NCBI GenBank assembly: GCA_041565275.1
Contig: JBFGVE010000003.1
Coordinates: forward strand, 1 to 60,529
Direction of reading: 5' to 3'
DNA from: Bacteroidia bacterium
GTDB taxonomy: Bacteria; Bacteroidota; Bacteroidia; J057; JADKCL01
Length of the DNA: 60,529 nucleotides
This document shows, in pieces, positions 47,005 through 57,278 of the stretch. Under the pieces are notes generated by a model. The model worked only from the letters and a program-made list of their open reading frames with translations. It was not told the DNA's origin and ran no database searches. Each line of letters starts with the position of its first letter. The stretch's first letter is position 1. The translations under genes were made by a program, and so were the position numbers.

Positions 47005-47040
47005 GAAAAGGGATGTTCCAATTTACCCCAACATAAAGAA

Positions 47041-47370
47041 TTATTCTGAGTCGGGGAAATCTTCTGTTAGGCTATTGTTTGCAGAGATATCCGAATCCTC
47101 GGTCAGGTCAGTTAGATCAATGGTAGTCCCGGAGGAATATGCAGATTTAAATTCCTTGATTTGGGCCATTTTCCGGGCGATCTTGGCCGCGCGACTCGCA
47201 CGATCAATAACAGTCATATCAACTCGATCGACCTTTTCAGAGTCGCTTGATTCTTCATTTAGAACATCTTTTGTTGGAGTATCTGCTCTCTTTGCAGACA
47301 GAGACCCTGGGTCATCCTCTGGCTGGACTGTGTTATCGGAAGGAGAATTATCCTGCTCGGAAGTCATCAT
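47041..47370 (-). CDS. Small acidic, probably disordered hypothetical protein
   Basis: 109-aa ORF co-oriented 18 nt after clpS; D/E/S-rich flanks around one basic helix (RASRAAKIARKMAQIKEFK). Confidence 0.55.
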   Translation of the reverse strand: MMTSEQDNSPSDNTVQPEDDPGSLSAKRADTPTKDVLNEESSDSEKVDRVDMTVIDRASRAAKIARKMAQIKEFKSAYSSGTTIDLTDLTEDSDISANNSLTEDFPDSE

Positions 47371-47388
47371 ATCGTTTTAAAAAGAGAG

Positions 47389-47664
47389 TCAAATAGAACC
47401 CTGTACTTCAGCGGTAAGACCGCGGTCCAGCAAAGCAATACACCGCTCGATCATATCCGCTTTCGGGCCACTCTTTACGATGTATTTACCTTTAAAATGA
47501 ACAATCCATGCGCACTGCTCCGCTTGCTCCAATGAATGTTCGCATACATCAACCAAGCTTTTAATTACCCAGTCGAAAGAGTTGTCATCATCATTGAACA
47601 GAATGATCTGATGCAAATCAGTGAGGGTGGGATTTTGAAGTGTCGAAGTGAGCTCTTTAGTCAT
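47389..47664 (-). CDS. clpS: ATP-dependent Clp protease adaptor ClpS
   Basis: IILFNDDDNSFDWVI, CEHSLEQAEQCAWIVHFKGK, LLDRGLTAEV. Confidence 0.93.
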   Translation of the reverse strand: MTKELTSTLQNPTLTDLHQIILFNDDDNSFDWVIKSLVDVCEHSLEQAEQCAWIVHFKGKYIVKSGPKADMIERCIALLDRGLTAEVQGSI

Positions 47665-47805
47665 TATTGCGTGAGAAAAAATGTCTAAAACTATAAGAAG
47701 TGAAAATGGCCAAAAAAACTGAGAAAATCAATAGTTTCAAGGCAATAAATGATCTTTCTTAGCCCAAGAAGCTATCTTGTTCTTTATTGATAAATTCGTG
47801 GAGGG

Positions 47806-49176
47806 ATGTACGCAATTATTGATCTGGAAACAACGGGAGGAACCGTCAAATCGGATAAGATTATTGAAATTGCCATTGTGCTTCACAATGGTGAGGAAGT
47901 GGAAGAGGAATTTTCTACCCTGATCAACCCTGAACGTCGAATCCCTTTTCGAATCAGCGAAATCACTGGGATCAATGATCCAATGGTGAAGAGTTCTCCC
48001 ATGTTTTTCGAAGTTGCAAGGCGCGTAGTTGAAATGACTGAAGGGCGGATTCTGGTAGCACACAACGCCCGTTTCGATTACCAGTTTCTTCGTCACGCTT
48101 TCAGAGAGCTGGGATACAATTACAAAAAAGATGTTCTCTGCACCCTGACCTTGTCTCGCAAAATTTTGCCTGTGCAGCGGTCTTACTCCCTTAAAAATTT
48201 ATGTCAGGTCTTGGATATCCCCCTCCGGGTCCAACATCGTGCTCTTGAGGATGCCAGAGCAGCGACCCATCTGTTAGAGATCCTTTTGAAAATGAAGAAA
48301 GAGGCCTCCTTGACCATAGGAAAAGAGGCTCCTGGTAGCTTGGGGCCGGAAGCTAGTCGTCACAAAGAGATGATCGACGCCCTTCCCCGTACCACTGGAG
48401 TCTATTATTTCTACAATTCCCGCCGTGACTTGATCTACATAGGAAAAAGTGTGAATATCCGAAGCCGCATACTGAGCCATTTTAGCAGCCAGAATACCGC
48501 CAGAGCCGTGAGAATGAAAGCTCAGATCGATCATATCCGCTATGAGGTGACTGGCAGTGAGTTGGTGGCACTCTTAAAAGAGTCAGAGGAAATCAAGCAA
48601 TTCAAACCGATCTACAACCGAGCCCAGCGCCGATCAGTGTTCAGCTTTGGAGTATTCTCCGCCCGTAACGAAGAAGGTTATCTGCAGTTGTGGGTAGAGC
48701 GGCTCAAAAACAAAAGGGTAGAGGCGGAAGCAGCCTTTGCCAGTGCAAAAGAAGCCAAGGGATTTCTTGAGCGGATGCTACAGGATTTCGAACTGTGCCA
48801 ACGTCATCTGGGAATTCACCGTTTCAATGGTCCCTGTTTTTACCACTCTATCCATAAGTGCCGAGGTGCATGTGTGGGTAAAGAGAGTCCCAGGGAATAC
48901 AATATTCGGGTTGAGCAAGTACTACAAAAAATAAGATATCGACATGTGAATATGCTGATCATAGACCGGGGCAGACATGAAAACGAGAAAAGCTTGGTGG
49001 GGGTCATGAATGGTAAATATTTGGGCTACGGCTTCCTGGAAAGAGAACTGATCAACAATGATCCCCAACTTTTGCTGAAATGCTTGCATGAAAAGATGGA
49101 TAATAGGGATGTACAGCAAATCATCAAACTTTTTCTCCACCAAGAGAAACAAGAGCAGGTATTGACATGGAAATAG
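47806..49176 (+). CDS. DEDDh 3'-5' exonuclease (DnaQ-like) fused to UvrC-like GIY-YIG endonuclease
   Basis: IIDLETTGG, AHNARFD, HRALEDA; GVYYF...IYIGKSVNIRSRI, ALLKESEEIK. Confidence 0.92.
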   Translation: MYAIIDLETTGGTVKSDKIIEIAIVLHNGEEVEEEFSTLINPERRIPFRISEITGINDPMVKSSPMFFEVARRVVEMTEGRILVAHNARFDYQFLRHAFRELGYNYKKDVLCTLTLSRKILPVQRSYSLKNLCQVLDIPLRVQHRALEDARAATHLLEILLKMKKEASLTIGKEAPGSLGPEASRHKEMIDALPRTTGVYYFYNSRRDLIYIGKSVNIRSRILSHFSSQNTARAVRMKAQIDHIRYEVTGSELVALLKESEEIKQFKPIYNRAQRRSVFSFGVFSARNEEGYLQLWVERLKNKRVEAEAAFASAKEAKGFLERMLQDFELCQRHLGIHRFNGPCFYHSIHKCRGACVGKESPREYNIRVEQVLQKIRYRHVNMLIIDRGRHENEKSLVGVMNGKYLGYGFLERELINNDPQLLLKCLHEKMDNRDVQQIIKLFLHQEKQEQVLTWK

Positions 49177-49376
49177 ACCCTGATCGTCTCTGTAACTGGT
49201 TACTGTTCACACATCTTTTTCGCCCGTACGATCTGTCTTTTTGTTTGCCTGTGGTCTTTACCTTAAATTTAACCATACGAATATAATTTGCAGGTCAACC
49301 GGCCTTGTTCGCTGACTATCCGCCGATTTATTTTAAGTTAAGTATCATTGCATAAGTACCACTGCTCATAAAGGTT

Positions 49377-52300
49377 ATGAAAAGAGTTTCGATTTTTGCG
49401 ATTCTGTCCTTGGTAATGCTCGCCTTTCGGCCAAACCATTCAGTGGCCTCCCACTTGATGGGGGTTGACCTCACCTATGAGTGTCTGGATGCGTGCACCA
49501 TACGGGTCCACCTCAGTGCATACAGAGACTGTTCCGGACAGTTTAGCATCCCTAATACGATCAGCTTTAAACCACAGACACCAGGCTGTGGCCAACCTAT
49601 TCTAGTGGGTAATGTGTCCCCTCAGGTCACTACTGAGGTGACCCCTGTTTGTCCCAATGCCCAAACACAGTGTGTCAACAGCAACTCCCAAATCAATGGT
49701 ACCCAGCAGTTTTACTGGTACAGGGACTACTACATTTGTTCTCAGCCCAACTGTATTTTTACCATTTCCTGGGGAACCTGCTGCCGGAATCAAGCAATAA
49801 CGTCCGGTGCTGCTAACGACGGAATGGGCATCTCTCAAACAACTCTGAATACCAATATTACTCCTTGCAATAGCTCGCCTCAATTTTCTAATCCCCCTGT
49901 TCCATATATCTGCGAAGGTCAACCATACGTCTTCAATCAGGGTGCAACCGATGCTGAAGGTGATTCGCTTTCTTACTCACTCGGCCCTTGTTTTGATGAA
50001 TTTGACAACCAAGTATCTTACGGAGCCGGTTACTCTCCAGGCCAACCACTCGGACCTACCTGGGATGTTTCCATCAACTCGGCAACTGGTGATATCACAG
50101 TTCTCCCAAATCCAACCGGTTCCCGGGTGGTAGGGGTTATGTGTGTATATGTAGAAGAGTGGCGAAATGGTGCCCTGATCAATACCATCGTTCGGGATAT
50201 TCAGATGACTACTATTCCTTGTGCCAATACCTTGCCGTCAATTGACTCCATCTCGAACCCAAGTACGGGTTTAACCAAAGGGTATGTGATCAATACTTGC
50301 CTTGGGGACAGTCTTTGCTTTGATTTGGCTGCTGTGGACCCAGATCTGGGCCAGACTATGACCATCTTCTGGAACCAGAATATCCCCGGTGGCACTTTTT
50401 TTGAAACCGGCAATCCAGCCAATACAGATACTATTACAGGCCTCGCTAGCCAAGGTCTGAGTGCAACCTTCTGTTGGCTTCCCCCTGCAGCTGGCGTTTA
50501 TGCTTTTCAGGTCACAGTTCAAGACGATGCCTGCCCGATTATCGGGCAGAGTCAATTTACCGTTCAGATTATTGTCCAAGATGTGATATCTGGCATTACC
50601 CAGGCCAACCCAAGTTGTGGAACGGTTACACTGTGTGCAACACCTTCGACCGGGGTCCCACCTTTCACATTCCAGTGGACAGGTAGTGGTGGCCTTTCTG
50701 CTAATCCCGGAGCGAACGATTCATGCGTAACACATTCATATGCAGCTACCGGAACTTATGATTACCAATTGTTGACCACCGATTCCAGCGGATGCTCTAC
50801 AGTTGATTCCGGTTCCACGACCTTCAGCATAAATGTACAGGCAAATGCCGGACCAGACATCTCTATCTGTTCAGGTGGTTCCGGGACGATCGGAGCTCCG
50901 CCCCTTGCCAACGAGGTTTATTCATGGTCTCCGACTACAGGCCTTAGTTCACCTACTTCTGCCAATCCATCTATCACTTTAATCAATGCCGGCACAACCA
51001 CAACTGTCCATCAGTATATCCTGACCACTACGGATACAACCGACGGCTGTACATCAGTAGACACAGTGGGTGTAACTGTCTATCCTGTCCCAAGTGCTTC
51101 TTTTACCAGTTCCTCTCAGACGTGTTTTGGCGATCCGATCACCTTTACATATACCGGCCACAACGGAACGGGCGCTGCTTTTAGCTGGAACTTTGCTGGT
51201 GGAACCCCTGCTAGTGCTTCAGGCCAGGGTCCACACAGTGTCACCTGGAGCACTCCCGGCCAAAAGACTATTAATCTGTCAGTGACTGAGAATGGTTGTA
51301 CCTCTCCAATAAACTCCCAAGCAATTACAATCCTGCAACCATTGACGGCCAATACCACCACCACTGCCAACTCCTGCGCGACCACGGCCGACAACGGAAC
51401 GGCTTCTGTTTTTCCTTCTGGCGGTAGTGGTGGATACACCTACCTATGGGATGATCCCAACGCACAGACGACTCAGCAGGCAACAGGTCTGACCCCTGGA
51501 TCCTACAATGTCACCGTTACGGATGCCAATAACTGCCAGGTAACGGCGAATGCGATCGTTGCCGACATTCCTCCTCCAACCGTTTCGGTCGGCCCTTCTG
51601 TTACCTTCTGTGAAGGTGAAGGCGGAGCCACCGTAACTGCCACTGCCTCCGGAGGAAATCCAGGTTACTCTTACCAATGGTCATGTAGTCTGACAAACTG
51701 TGGGATTGATTCTGTCTTTGACAATGATCCGCTGGTCAACCCTACTTCCTCTACTTGGTACTATGTCTACGCGGTAGATGCAAATGGTTGTATAAGTGAG
51801 ATTGACTCTGTTTGGGTTGAAGTTCTTGCCAAGCCTATCGTAGATGCCGGACAAGACATTATTCTATGTGGTGACAATGCTCCTTGTCAGAATTTACAAC
51901 CCACGGTTGCCAATATGGCCGGGCCGTTTACCTATTCCTGGTTTCCTTCAGATGGGTTGACCGATTCAACCCTTGTCGACCCTTGCGCCCGTCCTGATTC
52001 GACAACTATTTATACCCTAGTCGTTACAGCAAGCAATGGCTGCAAAAGTGATTTCACTACTGTGGATACAAATTCAACTGTAACGGTTCATGTCAATCCG
52101 GTCCCAGTAGCAGAAGCAGGTCCTGACCGGGACATCTGTTTTGGTGATACAGTACAATTGGAAGGATTTGGAAGTAATGCTGGCCCTTCTTACAGTTACC
52201 AGTGGTCGCCATTCCCGGTCATCAACCCATCTGCTGCCAATCCACTTGTGAACCCTGGCATTACCACGGTCTATTTTTTGACGGTGATCTCTAATGGTTG

Positions 52301-53849
52301 TCCCAGCTATACAGATTCAGTGACTGTTGAGGTCCATGCCCAACCAACGGTTGATCCTGGTCAGAATACAGGAACCTGCCTTGGAGTACCTGTCCTTCTG
52401 GATGCTCAGGCCGAGGACGGTACCCCCGGTACCCTTTTCACTTACGACTGGACCCCCGTCAATGTATTGAACGATCACACGCTGGCGGATCCAACAGCAA
52501 ACCCCGATACAACTACCACATTTACTGTGGTCGCTACCTCAGAATGGGGATGTGAATCAGCCCCTGCCAATGTACTGGTAACCGTTTTGCCTTCCCCAAT
52601 AGCGGAAGCAGGAGACAATATAACCCACTGTCTCGGCGATTCTCTAACCTTGCAGGGTGGGTATTTTTACACTACTACCCCTCCGGCTGATCCACAGGAC
52701 GTATTCATCGTCTGGAGCCCTAATACAAATATGGATGATCCAACCATTGCCATGCCAACGGTTGATCCGCAAGTATCCACTGTTTACTCTATGACTGTCA
52801 GCACTGGCCCCTGCTCCACGACCGATTCGGTTATAGTCACGGTCATCCCTGAGATTGGCCTGAATGCAACAGCCGATACCAATACTGCCTGTGAAGGTTC
52901 ACCAGTCCAACTGACTGCAACTGCAGGTATTGGAAGCGCTGATTTTCAGTGGTCCCCAATGGAAGGACTCGATGATCATAACAGTGCTACCCCGATAGCT
53001 ACGCCAGAGCAAACTACCACTTACTCGGTGATCGCATCTGAAAGTGGCTGCATGGATACAATGGAGGTCACAATAGAGATCATCCCTACTCCTAACCCAG
53101 CTTACCTAAGCTCGGCTACAGAGGGGTGTACCCCCCATACTGTCAACTTTTTCGATGCTTCGGACGATGCGGTCAATTACATTTGGGACTTTGGCGACGG
53201 CAGTAATGTCTCTAATGAGTCTCAGCCCAACCACGTTTACGCAGCACCGGGCACCTATTATGTATCACTTACCGTTTCTAATTTCGGTGGTTGCACTGCC
53301 ACAACTGATGAGATGGAGATCACAGTAATAGACCCGCCAATAGCAGAATTTACCTCCATTGAAGCCTTCCCTGCTGAACTTCCTCTACCCAATACCACGG
53401 TACAATTCATCAATCAGAGCCAGGGCGCAGTTTCTTACACCTGGTATTTTGGGGATGGAACAGCCTCTGATCTGGATAATCCCAGTCATACCTTTGACTC
53501 CATTGGCGAATTTGTAGTCACCCTGATCGCGTCCAACTCCCTCGGTTGCAATGACCAAGTTGTTCACGGTCCATATATCATCTTCGCACCTGACCTGTTC
53601 ATCCCGAACGTATTCAGCCCAAACAATGATAACATCAACGATCGGTTTCTGGTAGAGTACAGCGGATCCCAGACGTTCAATATCCAGATCTTCGACCGCT
53701 GGGGTGCACAACACTACGATTCGAACAACAAGATGGAAGGTTGGAATGGAAACTCCATGAACGGCAAAGCTGTCCCGGAAGGAGGCTACTTCTACCGCGT
53801 CAGGATCGGTGACCGGGAATATACAGGAGATGTGACCTTGGTGCGATGA
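49377..53849 (+). CDS. Large T9SS cargo (adhesin-like): SprB repeat, PKD and Ig-like repeats, type B gliding-motility CTD
   Basis: Signal peptide + SHLMGVDLTYEC; SprB repeat (GTASVFPSGGSGGYTYLW...TGLTPGSYNVTVTDANNC); PKD WDFGDG/WYFGDG; CTD FIPNVFSPNNDNINDRF...IFDRWG...GDVTLVR. Confidence 0.92.
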   Translation: MKRVSIFAILSLVMLAFRPNHSVASHLMGVDLTYECLDACTIRVHLSAYRDCSGQFSIPNTISFKPQTPGCGQPILVGNVSPQVTTEVTPVCPNAQTQCVNSNSQINGTQQFYWYRDYYICSQPNCIFTISWGTCCRNQAITSGAANDGMGISQTTLNTNITPCNSSPQFSNPPVPYICEGQPYVFNQGATDAEGDSLSYSLGPCFDEFDNQVSYGAGYSPGQPLGPTWDVSINSATGDITVLPNPTGSRVVGVMCVYVEEWRNGALINTIVRDIQMTTIPCANTLPSIDSISNPSTGLTKGYVINTCLGDSLCFDLAAVDPDLGQTMTIFWNQNIPGGTFFETGNPANTDTITGLASQGLSATFCWLPPAAGVYAFQVTVQDDACPIIGQSQFTVQIIVQDVISGITQANPSCGTVTLCATPSTGVPPFTFQWTGSGGLSANPGANDSCVTHSYAATGTYDYQLLTTDSSGCSTVDSGSTTFSINVQANAGPDISICSGGSGTIGAPPLANEVYSWSPTTGLSSPTSANPSITLINAGTTTTVHQYILTTTDTTDGCTSVDTVGVTVYPVPSASFTSSSQTCFGDPITFTYTGHNGTGAAFSWNFAGGTPASASGQGPHSVTWSTPGQKTINLSVTENGCTSPINSQAITILQPLTANTTTTANSCATTADNGTASVFPSGGSGGYTYLWDDPNAQTTQQATGLTPGSYNVTVTDANNCQVTANAIVADIPPPTVSVGPSVTFCEGEGGATVTATASGGNPGYSYQWSCSLTNCGIDSVFDNDPLVNPTSSTWYYVYAVDANGCISEIDSVWVEVLAKPIVDAGQDIILCGDNAPCQNLQPTVANMAGPFTYSWFPSDGLTDSTLVDPCARPDSTTIYTLVVTASNGCKSDFTTVDTNSTVTVHVNPVPVAEAGPDRDICFGDTVQLEGFGSNAGPSYSYQWSPFPVINPSAANPLVNPGITTVYFLTVISNGCPSYTDSVTVEVHAQPTVDPGQNTGTCLGVPVLLDAQAEDGTPGTLFTYDWTPVNVLNDHTLADPTANPDTTTTFTVVATSEWGCESAPANVLVTVLPSPIAEAGDNITHCLGDSLTLQGGYFYTTTPPADPQDVFIVWSPNTNMDDPTIAMPTVDPQVSTVYSMTVSTGPCSTTDSVIVTVIPEIGLNATADTNTACEGSPVQLTATAGIGSADFQWSPMEGLDDHNSATPIATPEQTTTYSVIASESGCMDTMEVTIEIIPTPNPAYLSSATEGCTPHTVNFFDASDDAVNYIWDFGDGSNVSNESQPNHVYAAPGTYYVSLTVSNFGGCTATTDEMEITVIDPPIAEFTSIEAFPAELPLPNTTVQFINQSQGAVSYTWYFGDGTASDLDNPSHTFDSIGEFVVTLIASNSLGCNDQVVHGPYIIFAPDLFIPNVFSPNNDNINDRFLVEYSGSQTFNIQIFDRWGAQHYDSNNKMEGWNGNSMNGKAVPEGGYFYRVRIGDREYTGDVTLVR

Positions 53850-53863
53850 CACCAGTAGTCTAT

Positions 53864-54790
53864 TCAGTAGGATGACCCGTCCCCAAATGCACCTCCTATT
53901 GGATGCCATGTAGTTTTGATCTCCTGCAGGTCCATGACAAAATAGGGGCTTTGAGCGTCTTCTACCAACCAATCGGTATTTTTCCAGAAAACGACCCGCT
54001 TGACATTTTCGGTGGCATTTTCCTGAATTGTTTTCAGATCTGCGCTGTCGCTGCCAGCATAAATCATGGCATTGACATCTTTGTGGGTAGAAAAATGTTT
54101 GATCAATTCGGTGCGGCGTCCGGTAAGAATATTGACGACCCCACCCGGAACATCAGATGAATTCAGAACCTCGGCAAATGAAATGGCACTAAGCGGGTGA
54201 CTTTCTGAAGCGAGTACGACAATGGCGTTGCCACCTCCGATCACAGGAGCTATGACAGAAATTAGCCCGATCAGTCCGTTTTCTTCGGGAGCAAATGCGC
54301 CAACCACACCCATAGGTTCTGTAACCGAAAAGTTAAAATGGGAAGAAGAGACAGGATTGACAGTGCTAAAGATCTGCTGGTATTTGTCACACCAGCCAGC
54401 ATAGTAGACCAATCGATCAATTGAAGCATTAACCTCATGTTCTGCATCTTCGGAAGTTGCACCGGTTTGTTGCAACTCATCCAGGAACTGGTATTTGCGA
54501 CCTTCCAACATTTCTGCAATTCGATATAAGATTTGGCCGCGGGTGTATGCTGGCTGACCAGCCCAACCACTTTCGGCTTTTCTAGCTGCTTCCACTGCAA
54601 TTCGAAAATCCTTTTCCGAGCCAAGGCACATATTGGCGATCAAGTGGCCGGACTCATCTAAAACCGGAAAAGACCTGCCTGACTCCGTGCGTGGAAATTT
54701 TCCGCCAATGTAAAGCTTATATGTTTTTTGAACAGAAACATGGGTACCGGGAGCAACATTCAATCTTTTATCTCTGTAATCCTCTGACAT
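53864..54790 (-). CDS. Truncated, non-catalytic aldehyde dehydrogenase-like protein (Rossmann + oligomerisation parts)
   Basis: KTYKLYIGGKFPRTESGR, YYAGWCDK, TEPMGVV, PGGVVNILTG, EIKTTWHPIG; lacks PWNFP, ELGGK and the catalytic-Cys domain. Confidence 0.9.
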   Translation of the reverse strand: MSEDYRDKRLNVAPGTHVSVQKTYKLYIGGKFPRTESGRSFPVLDESGHLIANMCLGSEKDFRIAVEAARKAESGWAGQPAYTRGQILYRIAEMLEGRKYQFLDELQQTGATSEDAEHEVNASIDRLVYYAGWCDKYQQIFSTVNPVSSSHFNFSVTEPMGVVGAFAPEENGLIGLISVIAPVIGGGNAIVVLASESHPLSAISFAEVLNSSDVPGGVVNILTGRRTELIKHFSTHKDVNAMIYAGSDSADLKTIQENATENVKRVVFWKNTDWLVEDAQSPYFVMDLQEIKTTWHPIGGAFGDGSSY

Positions 54791-56278
54791 TTATATTATT
54801 TTGTGATAATTCAGATAAGCGCTCAGGCCGTGGAGTCCGCCTTCCCGTCCAATGCCACTTTCTTTATAACCACCAAAGGGGGAAGCAGGGTCAAATTTGT
54901 TGAAAGTATTGGCCCAAACGACTCCGGCCCGCAGTTGATTGGTCAATTGGAATATTTTGGAGCCTTTGTCTGTCCAGACACCAGCCGAAAGCCCAAAAGG
55001 GGTATTGTTCGCCTTCTTGATGACCTCATTGACTGTTCGAAAAGTCTGCACTGCCAATACGGGTCCAAAAATCTCTTCCTGGACGATGCGACTGGATTGG
55101 GAAACATTGAGGAACAGCGAAGGTGCTACCCAATAACCCTTGCTGGGAATAGAGCAGGAAGTATGGTACAATTCTCCACCTTCTTTCACTCCGATCTCAA
55201 GATACTCCCGGATCTTCCTGAGCTGTTTCAAAGAATTGATAGCTCCCACATCGGTATTTTTGTCCAAAGGATCACCCATGATCAGGGTTTCCATCCTGTC
55301 TTTTAGTTTGTGAATTACCTTGTCAAAGACTGATTCCTGGACAAAAAGTCTGGAACCTGCACAGCAAACATGTCCTTGATTGAAGTAGATTCCATTGATA
55401 ATGCCCTCAACTGCCTGATCAATGGTTGCATCTTCGAAGATAATATTGGCAGCTTTACCACCTAGTTCGAGAGTTAACTTCTTACCAGTGCCCGCGATGG
55501 CACGCTGAATGATCTTTCCCACTTCGGTCGAGCCAGTGAAAGCAATTTTGTTGACATCTGGATGATTGACCAAGGCGGTACCAGTGCCACCGTGACCAGT
55601 CACTACATTGACTACGCCAGGCGGAAGATCAGCTTCTTGGATCAACTCCGCAAGCATCAATGAAGTGATGGAAGTTGTTTCTGCAGGCTTCAGGACCACT
55701 GTATTTCCGGTTGCCAGAGCTGGTGCCAATTTCCAGGCAGCCATTAAAAGTGGGAAATTCCAGGGGGTGATCTGCCCTACTACCCCGAGAGAAGACACAC
55801 TCCGCCCCGGAAATGCATATTCCAGCTTGTCAGCCCAACCAGCATAGTAGAAAAAATGGCTTGCTGCCAGGGGAATGTCCACATCACGAGATTCCCTGAT
55901 GGGCTTGCCACCGTCCATAGATTCCACTACGGCAAAGTCACGTGATCGCTCCTGGAGCATTCGGGCAATCCGGTAAAGGTATTTACTGCGGTCTTTGCCA
56001 GACATCCTCCTCCAATATTTTTCATACGCATTCCGCGCAGCACTTACAGCACGGTCCACATCATCTGCATTGGCCTCTGCAATTTCAGTCAGTTGATCTT
56101 CGCTGGAAGGGTTGATACTTGGGAAATACTTCCCCGATCGGGGCTTGGTCCATTTTCCATTGATAAACAACTCGTAGCGCTCCTTGATCTTAACGAAGCC
56201 GGTACCCTGAGGAGCTGGAGAGTATTCCCAGTCTGTTTTGAACTGAAGAGAGGGAGCAGGTCTTTTATTATCATCCAT
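54791..56278 (-). CDS. NAD-dependent aldehyde dehydrogenase
   Basis: ITPWNFPL, KPAET, FTGSTEVG, ELGGKA (Glu), NQGHVCCAGSR (Cys), EEIFGPV, FGGYKESG. Confidence 0.96.
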   Translation of the reverse strand: MDDNKRPAPSLQFKTDWEYSPAPQGTGFVKIKERYELFINGKWTKPRSGKYFPSINPSSEDQLTEIAEANADDVDRAVSAARNAYEKYWRRMSGKDRSKYLYRIARMLQERSRDFAVVESMDGGKPIRESRDVDIPLAASHFFYYAGWADKLEYAFPGRSVSSLGVVGQITPWNFPLLMAAWKLAPALATGNTVVLKPAETTSITSLMLAELIQEADLPPGVVNVVTGHGGTGTALVNHPDVNKIAFTGSTEVGKIIQRAIAGTGKKLTLELGGKAANIIFEDATIDQAVEGIINGIYFNQGHVCCAGSRLFVQESVFDKVIHKLKDRMETLIMGDPLDKNTDVGAINSLKQLRKIREYLEIGVKEGGELYHTSCSIPSKGYWVAPSLFLNVSQSSRIVQEEIFGPVLAVQTFRTVNEVIKKANNTPFGLSAGVWTDKGSKIFQLTNQLRAGVVWANTFNKFDPASPFGGYKESGIGREGGLHGLSAYLNYHKII

Positions 56279-56280
56279 AG

Positions 56281-57177
56281 TCAGTCAATGGAAAAGTAAT
56301 CAAAGCTTTGATAAACACCGGTTTCCTGCTTTACAATTTGGCGAAGGAGATCATTGATCAATGAAGAAGAACCAAAACGGAACCATTCATTGGTAAGCCA
56401 AGCCTGGCCGAGGGTTTCTTTTACCATTACCAAATAGGTGATTGCAGTTTTGGCCTCTCTGATCCCTCCGGCAGGTTTCATGCCGATCATTTTGCCCGTA
56501 TCATAGTAGAAGTCACGAATGGCTTCCAGCATCACCAAGGAAACAGAGAAAGTGGCTGCAGGGAAAATCTTGCCGGTCGATGTTTTGATAAAATCAGCTC
56601 CGGCATGCATAGCGATATCACTGGCACGGCGTACGTGGTCTAGGGAACCCAATTCGCCAGTTTCAAGGATTACCTTCAATCGGGCGTTGCCACAAGCTTC
56701 TTTGATAGCTGCGATTTCGTCATAGACACGGCTGTAGTTGCCACGGTGGTATTCACCACGGGCGATCACCATATCTATCTCGTCAGCACCGTTGGAAACC
56801 GCAAAGCGAGTGTCTTCCAATTTTACAGAAAGGGGTGATTGTCCGGCCGGGAAAGCTGTGGCTACTGCTGCCACCTTGACGCCAGACCCTTTCAATGCTT
56901 CAGTTGCTATCTTTACCAGAGTGGGGTAGACACAAACTGCGGCAGTACTCGGAAGCCCGGGATAAGCAAGGTGAGGATGCATCGCTTTGTAAGACATTTG
57001 CCTCACTTTCCCGGGAGTGTCTGCACCTTCCAAGGTTGTTAGGTCTATCATACTCAAAGCCAGCTTCAATGCATCTACTTTGGACGATTTCTTAATACTC
57101 CGCTTGCGGAATTTAGATACGCGCTCATGGACGCCAGTCTGGTCCACAGCAGGAGAATGCAAAGGATTGAAGTTCAT
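56281..57177 (-). CDS. deoC: Deoxyribose-phosphate aldolase (long type)
   Basis: IDLTTLEGADT, AAVCVYP, AFPAGQ, GADEIDMVI, LKVILETGEL, GADFIKTSTGK, KPAGGIR, RFGSSSL. ATG 57177 preferred; TATCTTGC promoter-like motif lies just before GTG 57204. Confidence 0.96.
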   Translation of the reverse strand: MNFNPLHSPAVDQTGVHERVSKFRKRSIKKSSKVDALKLALSMIDLTTLEGADTPGKVRQMSYKAMHPHLAYPGLPSTAAVCVYPTLVKIATEALKGSGVKVAAVATAFPAGQSPLSVKLEDTRFAVSNGADEIDMVIARGEYHRGNYSRVYDEIAAIKEACGNARLKVILETGELGSLDHVRRASDIAMHAGADFIKTSTGKIFPAATFSVSLVMLEAIRDFYYDTGKMIGMKPAGGIREAKTAITYLVMVKETLGQAWLTNEWFRFGSSSLINDLLRQIVKQETGVYQSFDYFSID

Positions 57178-57278
57178 GGATCCTATTCTGCTCTTATCTG
57201 TCACGCAAGATAGTCATCTCACGCGTATGTTCCTCCATATCATGACTCTCCGATTTTAATCCTGGCAGGAATTAACAG

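Noticed and set aside
53385-53972. 195-aa antisense ORF spanning the adhesin CTD and ALDH end
   Set aside because: Overlaps two well-supported genes; shadow ORF.
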